This document shows positions 23,590 to 36,053 of a stretch of DNA of 36,343 bases, one piece after another. This stretch comes from Octopus bimaculoides (Eukaryota). The notes under the pieces are model-generated. The model was not told the origin of the DNA. It made no database searches and saw only the letters and a program-made list of their open reading frames with translations. A program made the position numbers and the translations under genes. The stretch is from assembly GCF_001194135.2 (NCBI RefSeq), contig NC_068984.1, positions 137,804,200 through 137,840,542 on the forward strand, in the 5' to 3' direction. Each line of letters begins with the position of its first letter. The stretch's first letter is position 1.

Positions 23590-23780
23590 CATAATAGATC
23601 GCTAACCACTACACACATCTTTTTTCTCTCCTTGTTTCTCCCCTTGTTTCTTTCTGTGGAAGAGCGTAGGCTCAAAACGTTAAATACTTTTTCAATTCCC
23701 GAGCATCATACTAATACATCTGTTTGTTTTCTACACCACCTGTCTTCATCTGTTGTTTTTTATTTTTGTGAGTTCTCCTT
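23590..23780 (+). mobile_element. Probable Penelope-like terminal-repeat fragment with a degenerate hammerhead-like motif at 23649-23686
   Basis: UCUUU-CUGUGGA-A-GAGC(GUAG)GCUC-AAA-AC-GU-U-AAAUA has the same layout as 11795-11840 with two core deviations. Classification is an inference. Confidence 0.45.
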
Positions 23781-23802
23781 ACACACACACACACACACAC
23801 AC

Positions 23803-24051
23803 ACAAATATTCTATAATTATAAGCATAACTATAATCAGGGGCAGCTAATTGCTTCACTACGCACCGAATTTAGAAATAGGAGTTAAAGTACCTTTTCCG
23901 CTACCATAAATATCTCCAAGACATAACACACTTTGGAGATCTTTATGATAGCGGAAAAGGTATTTTAACAACTATTTCTAAATTCGGTGCGTGGCGAAGC
24001 AATTAGTTGACCCCCTGATTATAATTATGCCTGTAATTATGGAATATTTGT
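23803..24051. repeat. 249-bp foldback palindrome (arms ~118 bp, 11-nt loop), MITE-like or hairpin
   Basis: For example cacgcaccgaatttagaaatag vs ctatttctaaattcggtgcgtg, and accttttccgcta vs tagcggaaaaggt. Loop acataacacac at 23921-23931. Arms roughly 85-90% complementary. Confidence 0.93.
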
Positions 24052-24151
24052 ATAATTTTACCTAAACAGGTTATTTTAACGTACCGAACTACTTGGTAAA
24101 ATTATTAATTAATTAATTAATTGATTAATTAATTTTATCCTTTTATTATTT

Positions 24152-24188
<37 letters not shown>

Positions 24189-25729
24189 TTTTGTGTGTGT
24201 GTGTACTCGCAAAACATGTTTATATACACATGAACATTTATATGTTTACTATCATATGGGTTTAGCAAAATGGTTACCGTATTTCATTGTCAGTATCGGT
24301 AAAAAATTCTTCTGTTGCTTTTACACCAAACCGTTTTCTTCCTCATAACAGCTTTTGCTTCTGTTGGTTAACATCATCGCTCCGTAAGGGATGATGTTAT
24401 AAATCTGTTCCTGACTTTACAGATTGTTTAAATCTTGTAATAACAATAACCGTTGCGTGCAGCACACTTGCTTATCTGACACCTCAGATTTGTGATGCGT
24501 GTATATATTACGCTGTAGTAAGACACTGTGTTCTTAGCTATGGCAATAATGATTTCTTATAAAAGGCATGAAGTTCTGAGAATGTTAATAATGATAATAG
24601 AAAGTAACTCGAATTGTGCCCGAATCCATTCATAGACTGTTATGAATAAAAGGATACTACAAACTGAATAAAAATTATAACAAATTAATATAATTTACTT
24701 AACGGATGGCATGAATAATTCCTAACTTTCTCGGGGTTTCTAAGCATCGATTAATACAATCCTTCTTTTTGTTACCCAATCCGTGGTAAGTTCAAGGATC
24801 AAATGTGAAAAAAATAATGTATATCAACACAGTACCCGAGCTCTCTTTGTCTTCCTGACATCTATGTAATTTTCCATAATGTAACGTTGGTTACTCTCTC
24901 TCTCTCTCTCTCTCTCTCTCACGCACATGTACACGCATAAACAAATACATAAAGAAGATAAAGATTCTTCTTAAGTGAATTGTTTGTTTTCTGCAAAGAA
25001 ACATGATAGGTCACTCCAGTGATGCTTCACATATTCGTGTTACTTATAAGAAAAACTAACCCTCTCCGCCAAGAAAAAACCCGACAAAAACAAATAAACG
25101 AACCAGAAAAGACATTTTACTCTTTTCTCTTCATATTTGTTCGATTAGATTTATCAACTACATTCAGAGACGTAGCAGCGCGGCGTCGTCAGCCCACAAA
25201 TATTTGACTTAAAACAAAATAATGTAATCCCGTGAGTTTTACGAAGTAGAAACGTCCAGTTGATAGAAACGTCATCCTATCCTGCTATGTCAGACTGCGA
25301 CAGAATGCGCGCTAACATTAGATAGCTACCTCCTTAGCATGAATTTATGTTATTGGACACACCTCGTGTTAGCTTCCTCAGCCATACATTTCCATGCTGG
25401 CTTAGGGAACGTTGGAAGAGAGTATTAATTTTGGAATTATCCTCCTAGATTGATTGAATTTACCACAGATAAAGAGTTCAATCTATCTTTAGAAGGACTA
25501 TGGTTCAAGGTCGGAACGGACTTAGGAGTAATGGTAATTAAGGAGTGACTCCACGTTCCCCATAAATCCTGAACTCCCGAACTGGAATCTCACCACTGGA
25601 TGCAGTTTAATGAAACACGTAGGGCATAGTAGAATCATTCGTAACAGCTATAGATAAAGATGTATAAATTTGATGAACAATAACATAGTAAAAGACAAAA
25701 ATCCTCAGCAATTAACTGAAACATTTGTA

Positions 25730-25927
25730 CTATAGGCACAAGGCCTGACATTTTGAGAGAGGAGGGGCATAACTGGTCAGTGCATAACTGGTACTTATTT
25801 AATTGCTCTCAAAAAGAGAAAAGGCAAAGTCGACCTCGGTGGAATTTGAACTCTGATCGTAAGGACGTACAAAATGTCGCTAAGCATTTTGCCCAATGTG
25901 CTAATGATTTCGCCAGGTCAGTGCTTT
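25730..25927 (-). mobile_element. SINE family B, diverged copy
   Basis: ggcaaagtcgacctcggtggaatttgaactc and cgctaagcattttgccc are inverse to 25985-26060. Confidence 0.8.
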
Positions 25928-25951
25928 CTGAAACATTAATTAATCAATTCT

Positions 25952-26170
25952 AAGGCGGCCAGCTGGCAGAAACGTTAGCACGCCGGGCGAAATGCTTAGC
26001 GATGTTTCGTCTGTCTTTACGTTCTGAGTTCAAATTCCGCCGAGGTCGACTTTGCTTTCATACTTCCGAGGTTGATAAATTAAGTACCAGTTACGTCCTG
26101 GGGCCTATCTAATCAACTAGCTCACCTCCCCTCCCAAATTTCTGGCCTTGTGTCTAGGGTAGAAAAGAAA
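25952..26170 (+). mobile_element. SINE family B, full length
   Basis: Head AAGGCGGCCAGCTGGCAGAAACGTTAGC, B-box-like GAGTTCAAATTCC, body GAGGTCGACTTTGC..AAGTACCAG, tail GGCCTTGTGTCTAGGGTAGAAAAG. Confidence 0.9.
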
Positions 26171-26360
26171 CCTTAGCACGCTGGACGAAATACTTAGGGG
26201 TATTTCGTCTGTCTTTATGTTCTGAGTTCAAATTCCACCGAGGTCGACTTTTCCTTTTATCTTTTCTATATCAGGGTCGATAAAATAAGTACCAATTGAG
26301 CAGTGGGGCGATGTAATCGAAATCGAAATCCTTCGAACTTGTATCAGATTTTGAAACCAA
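26171..26360 (+). mobile_element. SINE family B, 5'-truncated, directly behind the previous copy
   Basis: Repeats ttagcacg..gaaat.cttag.gg.tatttcgtctgtcttta.gttctgagttcaaattcc.ccgaggtcgac. Confidence 0.85.
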
Positions 26361-26714
26361 TATGCATGTAACTTTTGTGTAGTTGCTGTTGAGTGAGATT
26401 CGTTACAGTTTAGTTAGAAGAGCGATCGACGCTGGAAGAGAAAAAAAGTTTCAGTTGGATAATATAAGATTGCAGAGCAGTCTTAAATTTTGCAATTCCC
26501 GATGGAAGAAGTTTCATTTCGCTGTTTATGTTATTTGATATTTGAAACATCATCACCTACTACATTCTCTCTTAAATTTAAGGATTTTTAACTTGTAAAA
26601 AGGGGAAATAAGGTGAGGATTTAAGCTTGTTCTCATACATTATGAGTTGAGACACATCAGCGCCGATATCGGCTTTAATTATAACAGGTTTGAGAATATA
26701 ACATCCCAGCAATA

Positions 26715-26950
26715 TGTTGATCTCAAATTTTGGGACAAGGTCAGTAATTTTGGAGGTGGGTGTGAGTCGATTACATTAACCTCAGTGGTGCTCCACTGGT
26801 ACTTATTTTATCGACCCTTTAGGAGAAGGGGTCCAGACGATTACATCGTCCCCAGTACTTGGCTGGCGCCGACCCGAAAGAACGAAAGGTAAAATCGACC
26901 TCGACAGGATTTGAACTCAGAACGTAGAGTCGAAAGAAATGCCACTAAAT
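26715..26950 (-). mobile_element. SINE family B-related composite of diverged minus-strand pieces
   Basis: ctggtacttattttatcgaccc and aaggtaaaatcgacctcgacaggatttgaactcagaacgt are inverse to the B body. Confidence 0.7.
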
Positions 26951-27042
26951 CAAAGGGTATTTGTCTAAATCAAAGGGTACTTGTCATTAGCCAAAAAAGC
27001 CCATGTTGAGATAAGTTGTTAAGTGCAGAATAGCTACGATCA

Positions 27043-27228
27043 TCGTCTACCGTTACGTTCTGAGTTCAAATTCCGCCGAGGTCGACTTTGCCTTTCATCC
27101 TTTCGGGGTCGATTAAATAAGTACCAGTTACGCACTGGGGTCGATATCATCGACTTAATCTCTTTGTCTGTCCTTGTCTGTCCCTTCTATGTTTATCCCC
27201 CTGTGGGCAATAACGAAATAAATATTGT
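27043..27228 (+). mobile_element. SINE family B subfamily with an alternative 3' tail
   Basis: B body followed by a different tail, atcgacttaatctctttgtctgtccttgt..cccctgtgggcaataacgaaata. Confidence 0.85.
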
Positions 27229-28339
27229 TTATCTCAGACGGTAGGATGGTGTTTGGTAGATATTTGAAGAACGTCTTACTAGTCCAGTTACTACGTAGGC
27301 ACTATTTTGAATGATTCTATTGAAATTAGTTGCTCCGAGTGCTATCGATAAGCCTTTCGATCAGATATCTATTCCCAGTTGTAAATGATACGTTCATATA
27401 CAGCTAATGACTTTAGAAAGGAATGGTCGTAACTTAATTTCACGCTCATCTCATATGTTTGTGGACTGGTATACACATTTAAATGACATTTGCCCTCAAC
27501 GTATCTCGAGATGACCTGATTAGACGCATTACTCTTTGTGAGTCCTGAGGTGGCTTATTTGGTCAATATTAGCATAAAACTCACAGTTACAGCGGGGAGC
27601 CACCTAATAGCAGAATCAGAACCTGATGGACTCTTCTTTTACGTGCAGCTCTCTTCTCATTCGGTTCTCTGATTATTCGTGACTCTGAGCACCACAGAGC
27701 TAAGCTCCAAAGAAGGATATTAAGCAACATGTTCATGAGTAGACTGTTTTAAGTTACACGTTTCGTAGGTCGCTTTTGAATAAGATCTTCTGATTCCTTT
27801 AGAAAAAATTCCAATCGCAATGTAATTATACGTATAAGTTTGAAGTGCAATTGTAAACAGTAATGGTGGGTGTCTGCGTGGACATCGACAGAAAAGTGTG
27901 ACAAAAAAATATTTGGTGGAAAGCTGTCATGTAATTTAGTTCAGCACCTGGTGGGTTTACATTCAAATAACGCCACCTTAATTCTAACTTATAAAACATT
28001 TTGGAATTTATGACATATTTTGTTAATATCATTGATCGTAATCTTGGAGTGTGAAAATAGTTACCTGTTTTTTATTTTCGTGTGATAAAAGTACATCACT
28101 CGTCTTCGATGGTTTCTTTTGTTTGAGTTTCACGTTGACCAAAACTTTAAACGCATTATTTCATTTTACACTAGCTTTGTCGGTTTACGTTCGCTAAAGT
28201 TCTTTTGTTTCGATTTAACTATAATACCATGAATGAGATTAATGAAACTGATAGAGAGATATCTATTGTAAAGGAAATCGAAACCGGCTCGAAATCTCGG
28301 CTCCCAGAAATATATCTCTTGCACTACAGAACATACCGG

Positions 28340-28767
28340 TCTCTTTTACTCTTTTACTTGTTTCAGTCATTTGACTGTGGCCATGCTGGAGCACCACCTT
28401 TAGTCAAGCAAATCGACCCCAGAAATTATTCTTTGTAAGCCTAATACTTATTCTCTCGGTCTCTTTTGCCGAACCACTAAGTTACAGGGATGTAAACACA
28501 CCGGCATCGGTTGTCAAGCGATGNNNNNNNNNNNNNNNNNNNNNNNNNNNNNNNNNNNNNNNNNNNNNNNNNNNNNNNNNNNNNNNNNNNNNNNNNNNNN
28601 NNNNNNNNNNNNNNNNNNNNNNNNNNNNNNNNNNNNNNNNNNNNNNNNNNNNNNNNNNNNNNNNNNNNNNNNNATATATACGACAGGCTTTTTTCAGTTT
28701 CCGTCTACCAAATTCGGAACCATGTGGTTGGTAAGCAAGCTACTTACCACACAGCCACTCCTACGCC
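28340..28767 (-). mobile_element. SINE family A spanning gap 28524-28673; head has an internal deletion
   Basis: Tail at 28340-28523 and head at 28680-28767. The junction ccaaattc|ggaaccatgtgg skips the CORE-like part. Confidence 0.88.
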
Positions 28768-29525
28768 TTTTGAAAGTTCATGTTTAATCAATAGCTAAGC
28801 AAATAACACCTTAAAACCTATTTTTGTCATCTTCGAAAATAAAGTCATTTAGGATAAAAGTTTCATTTCTTCTTACTGTAAACGATCTTTCATTTGGAAT
28901 ATAATATTCTTCATGCTAGGAACGTTTACAAAATAGCTAAATACACTTCGTTGTGCTACTATACAAAGGATATCATCTACAGTTTCGATCGTGTCCACTA
29001 GGCATCATAATATTCTTCGTAGTAAATGGGTGCATATTGTGCTCAAAAGTCGCCATTCTTTTCTGGAGTTAACATTCTAGTATATAATGTTTTATCGATG
29101 TACGGAAATTCATGTTTTTAGAAAGGATGAACAATAAATGACTGAGTGAGTCGTTTAGAAGATAACTAGTTCGGTGATTAAATGTCCTGTCATAAGGGTT
29201 GTATTGTAATTGACCAATAAATTTAATACACAGTAACAAAATTCTTATAGGCTTAAAAGCGAACCACAGGGCGGTATAATTCGCCACTGTTAGCAGTGGA
29301 CGTACAGTGAAATTGTCAGGTACCTGGTGTTTGATTTTACAACCGAGTTCAACCATTCCTGTGAGTACCGAGTTCTTTTAACGGGATAAAAAGTCTGTGA
29401 TATGAAACAAATGAAACATGGTGCATTAAGAGTGTCCTTACACGCCTGTAAGGACCAATGTAATTTAAAGGTTTTGGGTGAAAAAAAGAAAAAAGAAAAT
29501 CTACGAGAGGGTTTGATATACTTAC

Positions 29526-29593
29526 CTTTGTAAAAGTCATCAAAGACGTGATACGTCATTTGAAACAAGAATCGATTTGTGGTGATTAATGCG
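29526..29593 (-). CDS. Candidate internal coding exon (68 nt): ALITTNRFLFQMTYHVFDDFYK(G)
   Basis: Acceptor tataatatattcag|C and perfect donor AAG|GTAAGT. Only one of three frames is open, and it ends in phase 1. No family recognised. Confidence 0.5.
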
Positions 29594-29759
29594 CTGAATA
29601 TATTATACAACCAAGTGTTTCAAATTGGTTTATGATGTATGAATAGTAACCAAATATTTTTAACAGAAAGTTTAAGATTCACAAAGAATCCCAATTTTCT
29701 TGTCATTAAAAGTTGCAGCGTGTCATATTTCTATTTCCATATCGTAATATTATTTACAG

Positions 29760-29867
<108 letters not shown>

Positions 29868-31092
29868 TTATAGAAATATATTTATAAATAGTTATAGCTA
29901 TATATAGTTATATAAATTTATTTATTTATAGTTATATTTTTGAGAAAAATACCAAACTTAGATTTATCAGTAAATGTTGGTAGCAAATTAGTATGATATC
30001 GGTAAACACTTGAAATTTGAATATTGCAGGTGTAGTAGATAAGGGGCCTTGAGCCGTTGACCAGATGGTCATCAGCCAGAGATGACAATAACTTTCATTC
30101 AATTACCATCATGCGTGAAATTCTTCACTGATAAATGCAGAAATATTTGAAAACTGCCCCTAGGTTTGTACTATATTGATTATTATATTCCAATATTGCT
30201 CCTTAGTGAGAAACGTATTAGAATTTAATCTACCGTCCTCGAAATGTAAATTAGATCGAGTTTTCGAAGTCAGTATTATTCTCTCGACAGTTACCGTAAA
30301 GTTTTGAAAGTTCCTGTTTAATCAATAGCTAAGCAAATAACACCTTAAAACCTATTTATGTCATCTTTGAAAATAAAGTCATTTGGGATAAAAGTTTCAT
30401 TTCCTCTTGCTGTAAACGATCTTTCATTTGGAATATAATATTCTTCATGCTAGGAACGTTTACAAAATAGCTAAATACACTTCGTTGTGTTACTATACAA
30501 AGGATATCATCTACAGTTGCTATCGTATCCACTAGGCATCATAATATTCTTCGTGGTAAATGAGTGCCTATTGTGCTCAAAAGTCGCCGTTCTTTTCTGG
30601 AGTTAAATACTCGAAAGAACATTCCTTAATTTAACGACATATTAACCATATGTGAAGAAAACAAAGGGTTAACGTGTCAAATTAAATAAACATAGCGATG
30701 TGAGTTGATTAGTGATTAGGTATTTATAATCGGAAACAATCACATCAAGGAAGAGACATGATATCCATTTATAACATACACTTTTCGTAATATTCACTTT
30801 TATTCTCCGTTGTGGTGATATCATATACTATAAAGTGTCAACAGATTTCGTCGTATATCAACCACCTAGACACTGAAACATTGACATAAAAGTCAGTTTA
30901 AACACTGCCACGTGTAAATTTCGTCGGATGAAAGAAAGTGTTACTAGTTTTTAAAAGCTGCTTTAGAATAGTTGTGAAAATGAAAGTTTAAATAAATTGA
31001 AATAGAAATGTATACAACGCCATGTGTTGGGTCACACAAATAATGTCCACACAGATATACACACAGATAATATTCAGTATTTTAGAGATGAG

Positions 31093-31410
31093 AAGGCAGT
31101 GAGCTGGCAGAAACGTTGGCATGTGGTATTTCGTCTGTCTTTATGTTTTGAGTTCAAATTCCGCCAAGGTCGACCTTGCCTTTCATCCTTTCGGGGTCGA
31201 TAAATTTAGTACCACTTGCGTACTGGGGTCGATCTAATCGACTGGCCTCCCTCCCCCAAAATTTCGGGCCTTATGTTTAGAGTAGAAAATATTTTAAGGC
31301 GGCGAACTGGTAAAAACGTTAGCACGCGGGGCGAAATGCTTAGCGGTATTTCGTCCGTCTTTATGTTCTGAGTTTAAATTCCACCGAGGTCGACTTTGCT
31401 TTTCATCCTT
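31093..31410 (+). mobile_element. Two tandem SINE family B copies (31093-31295; 31296-31410, 3'-truncated)
   Basis: Two AAGGC.G.GA.CTGG heads, each followed by gag.tt.aaattcc.cc.aggtcgac.ttgc.tttcatcctt. Confidence 0.9.
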
Positions 31411-31480
31411 ATTTCACCCTTATTGCAACCCCCATTTGTTCCATGTACTTTGTACTTCTCAAGATTTATTATTATTATTA

Positions 31481-31538
<58 letters not shown>

Positions 31539-32884
31539 CATCATCTTGTTCTAATATCTTGATATCCAAACACTATAATAGCGAAAGAATAAGCTCAACC
31601 ACTCTCATACATACTCTAAGGAATTTTTGGCTGGAAAAATCTTCCAAATATTCATCTAAATAATCAATTATTACTTTATTTGTGATATAATGACAGTAAG
31701 CAGTGTGCAATTTTTCAGCTGAAATGGCTTAAACGAGCACAGCTACCTGCCAGTCATGTCAGTTATAAATATTCAGGCGAAGAATGAACAATGATAAATC
31801 TAATAGTGCATATATTAACACTTTACCTACGAAACCCTTTTTTGTGATATATTTTCTTTTGTACAATACGTCTAATTTTGTTATAAATTATGCGGTTTTT
31901 TAAAATAATTTTTAGCCATATATATGTTCTTGTCCCCATTGATTTATAGCACGGGTATCACCGGTGACTATCGCTGTCCAGAGCGAATATTACATTCATT
32001 TCGTACCGCAGGAGTTATCAGTGATACACATAATAAAAAGTGTTATACCTCCATATATGGATCCATTTTACTTTATGGTTATTTCTACAAATTATATTTC
32101 CTGTATAATAAATCTTAATGGCTTCTTTTTCACAAATATTTATTTTATAGAGGGTATCGCTCCACTGATGGAGATGACAGTAACTTGCACCATTCTAATA
32201 TCCGTTTTCTGTACATTTACTGGAACAATGTGGTTTACACCACAGTAATGTGGAGCTTCATAAAAATACATCACCGTTGGGAGTTACTGGTGACTCCATT
32301 ATATATTAAGAATATAACTTGGGGAGACAGCGTTGATTCCCATAGTAAAGAAAGTGGTAAAGTGGTTACTAACACACTGAATCTATTGGATCAGGAGATT
32401 TTGAATTATTAAAATTACATCTTTAATAAGAAGAGCAGATGAAAAAACGTAAGGGAGGTAACATAGTAATTTAGATAAATAAGATTTAACATTCAATAAA
32501 TAAAATTTATTGAATGTTAAATGAAATGAAGAGTGAGTCTCAGGTATGACAGTACAGGAGAAAACTGATTATGTTTTGGCATTATTAGACCTCATACGCA
32601 AAACAACATCTCTTGCTAACTCATTCTGAGATTAGATCAACATAGAACCAGTCAATAAAACAAGCTCGGACCGTCATATTTTATAAGAGCATTGAGTAAA
32701 ACGATAAATATTACTCACAATAATTACTGCCTTGCGTGACTTGTTTTCAGATTTCCAATCTAGTTTATATCCGGAGACCACAGAGGCAGACGTAGTCGTA
32801 GCAGTTATAACCTCCTCCCTGTTAACCTCTATTGTTAACGTTTTCTCTACACCACACGCACACACACAAAGACATACATAATTG

Positions 32885-32930
<46 letters not shown>

Positions 32931-33051
32931 CACACTCACATACATGCACATACATATACATATATACATTAGTACATATATATGTATATATATATATATA
33001 TANNNNNNNNNNNNNNNNNNNNNNNNNNNNNNNNNNNNNNNNNNNNAATAC

Positions 33052-33091
<40 letters not shown>

Positions 33092-33959
33092 GTGTGTGTG
33101 TGTGTGTATTAGTGTGGGGGAGGGCTGTGTAAGTATGTTTTTTTCTGAGTTAGGGAGTGTGCTTTTCAATGATTTACTTGCTATGAATTAGAAACGATCA
33201 TTGGGGAAAAAATTTATCCGAATCTTCAGTTATATTCTTTATCTAGCTTTAATGCGAAAATGAGTTTTACCTATCTGAATGGAGAGCTATTTGAACAATC
33301 AAATAAGCCATTTTCTTATTGAAGGTGTTAGGCAGATAAAGTTCATAAGTTTAGATTAGGATGCTTAAATGCAATAAACTGATTCGTGTAAACTCTGACT
33401 TTCCACAATGAACAATACTTGTTGAACCAATATAAACGCAACTTTCAGCATGCTAAATATTTTTCTTTAATTTCTTTTCTAAAGTTACCATCTCTAATCT
33501 ATTTAATACTATTTGTGCAATATAAAATTGTTATGTTTCACCAGGGCTTCTGCACCGATGATATGTACTGCGCATGTAGAATTATACCAGCAATATTGCC
33601 TTCAAATTTTGGCACAAGGAAAGGGATAAGTTAATTTTAAATCGAATGCAATATGACTTGAAGTATGAATATATTATTATAAATCAGTATAAGTACGAAA
33701 TACAAAATATGATGCAGTTATTCCAATGATTGAGATAGAAGACCACGGACTTGAAATTTATTCCTGATGGATTTAATAACAGCAGTTAAAACGATTATGT
33801 TATTGACTGTGCTTTTAATCTGTAGTAGTGCTAAAATATAAAGAATTATTTCAGCAAGTTTCTCTCTTCTTTCAACTGTAGTGGCAGTAAGAAAAAGAAA
33901 AACAGAATAACGATTTTGATTTACTCATTATAGTAACAATAACAATATATTCACAAGAG

Positions 33960-34027
<68 letters not shown>

Positions 34028-34051
34028 CACCACCACTACTATTGTCAAAAA

Positions 34052-34279
34052 GGAGAAAAACTGAAGCGATATGAAACTCTTAGGAGGGAAATCAAATAGC
34101 TGTGGTCATTGAAAAAAGTGAATATCGTGCCAATAACTGTTGGTTCCCTAGATATAGTGAGCAAAGAAACTAAAAATTGGTTGGAAAAGTTAGGAATATA
34201 AAGGAAAATATATCACATACATATCCAAATAGCAGCATGACTTGGCAGTGCAAGGAGTCCCCGCAAAGTTGTCGAGGTT
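34052..34279 (+). mobile_element. Old R4/Dong-like LINE remnant (RLE endonuclease C-terminus)
   Basis: One frame with three stops: GEKLKRYETLRREIK*LWSLKKVNIVPITVGSLDIVSKETKNWLEKLGI*...IQIAA*LGSARSPRKVVE. Fits the pattern EKxxKYxxLxxEIxxLW..VVPVVIGALG..LGI..QKxALLGTARILRKVL. Follows (CTA)n(CCA)n at 33959-34040. Confidence 0.8.
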
Positions 34280-34364
34280 TGTAAAGAAAGCGTCACCTTC
34301 GTTCGCGAGAAGCGAATAGCTAACACCTCTAGCAACAAGCCATGTTAAATGTAATAATAATAAT

Positions 34365-34800
34365 GATTTCATTTATTGGCCACAAAGCCCAAGACATGGA
34401 AGACAATATCGAAGGAGGAGTTACAGCACAAAAAAAATTGCACAAACATGTGGCGTTAACATCAGTCAAGGAGAAATATTACTACATTAAAGGATATAAC
34501 AGAGGATATATAATAGAAAGTAGAGAAATAAATAATAAATAAATAAATACATAGAATCCCCAATAGCGGGGCAATCCATTTAGGGTAATCCGGGATAAAT
34601 CTCATACAAGGATTCCGGAATACTCCAAGGCATGGGAAAGTGCCTTCTTCCTGTTTCTTTTCTCCTGCTTAGAAAAGCATATTCAGAATAGATCCATACA
34701 GTCTCACCAGTCTTGTCACTGTCGACTACCTTTTGATAAACGCATTAGAAGGCACTCTAAACTGTTATTTTCATGTCTGATTTTTCAAATAATATGAAAA
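34365..34800 (-). mobile_element. Probable L1/Tx1-like LINE 3' end
   Basis: Degenerate C-terminus SNAFIKR*STVTRLVRLYGSILNMLF*, then a ~300-nt UTR ending ggccAATAAAtgaaat plus a short (ATT) tail. Family assigned from recalled motif similarity only. Confidence 0.4.
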
Positions 34801-35005
34801 GAATTATTTACAAAATTTCTTAAGTTTACTGAGAATTTATACGTGTTTCCGAAGAACGGCAATGGCTTATAACAAGAGACCACTTTACACACAATAAGTT
34901 TCTTAATAGCAAAATATTGACATCATTAAAATATGTAGCAGCTGTGTTAATGTTGTTTAAGAAACAATAAAGACAATGTTTCTAGGATTGGCGAGTCTTT
35001 CCTTT

Positions 35006-35056
<51 letters not shown>

Positions 35057-35058
<2 letters not shown>

Positions 35059-35273
35059 TTATGTTTGACTTTTGTTTTGCATTTGTACAAGTTGGATCCA
35101 AGTCTCACCCAGAGACCTCAAGAGACAACAAGTTAGAAGTTCATGTAGGTGTTATGCCTAGGGTACCATATATTTGGATTTGTACAGTTTTGTTCAAGTG
35201 AATGTTTAAGAAACCATAAGAAAATTATGTTTGCTTTAAAATTTGAGATCACATAGACAGTATTTTACGTAGG

Positions 35274-35275
<2 letters not shown>
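35057..35275 (-). mobile_element. Young 5'-truncated R4/Dong-like LINE embedded in (TAA)n
   Basis: Encodes terminal ILRKILSM* (35249-35275) plus a 3' UTR. (TTA)n lies on both sides (35007-35056, 35275-35339), the known target of Dong-type elements. Confidence 0.8.
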
Positions 35276-35338
<63 letters not shown>

Positions 35339-36053
35339 GATATCTTGAATAGTATTTTTTGTTTTTATATTCTTATTTTGTTTTCTTCATACCTCTCTGC
35401 GAGAGGCCGATATTAATTGCCTTATTTTTTTTTACCAGTATTGTGATGTAGGCGTTAAGTACCTAATATATTGAATGCGTGGGACAATTTTAATATTTGG
35501 ATCAAGCTATTAACCTGACAAAAAAAACTGGCTGATAATTTTGTCAGTAAAGAGAGGAGGTCGCAAGCCTTCCATTTTACTTCGTTATGAACGTGCTTTA
35601 ATATATCTAAATATATAGCCAGTATTGTTTGCTTTGAAATGCAAACGCAAAATTCCAAATGCCATTTGAAAATTGCTTCGAGGACAATTTTGCAATGTAT
35701 GTTTACAATCATTGATCATAAACTGAAATATCTTATTACGATTTCTTTCCAATTGTAGTAGTGGTTTCCTTTCTACAATTTCCATTCTGCTTTAGAATTT
35801 TTCATCATTAAATTTGTTTCACAATGTCTCCTATATCTAATATCTACTCTTCACAGCTAGAAACCGTAATATCTGCTTTGCACAGTTAGAAACCTAATAC
35901 AATTTCAGTATAACCTACATGTTAATGATATCAAAAAACAAAGGAAAAAAAAAACTGATTGAAAAATATCAGGAGGTTAAAGAACTTGAACAGCTGGGTA
36001 AATTAACCAATACAAAAGACAGTGTATGTACGAATGAATAAGTATCAAACTGA

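Noticed and set aside
24369-24399. 10-bp perfect hairpin TAACATCATC/GATGATGTTA
   Set aside because: Too short to be distinguished from chance in 36 kb, and it has no supporting context.
31924-32412. Overlapping 64-94 aa ORFs
   Set aside because: Three short ORFs in different frames, with no recognisable domain or consistent splice signals.
32720-32846. Minus-strand exon EKTLTIEVNREEV...KAVII with a GTGAGT donor
   Set aside because: The acceptor lies in a GT repeat without a pyrimidine tract, and its phase is incompatible with the 29593 exon. No homology recognised.
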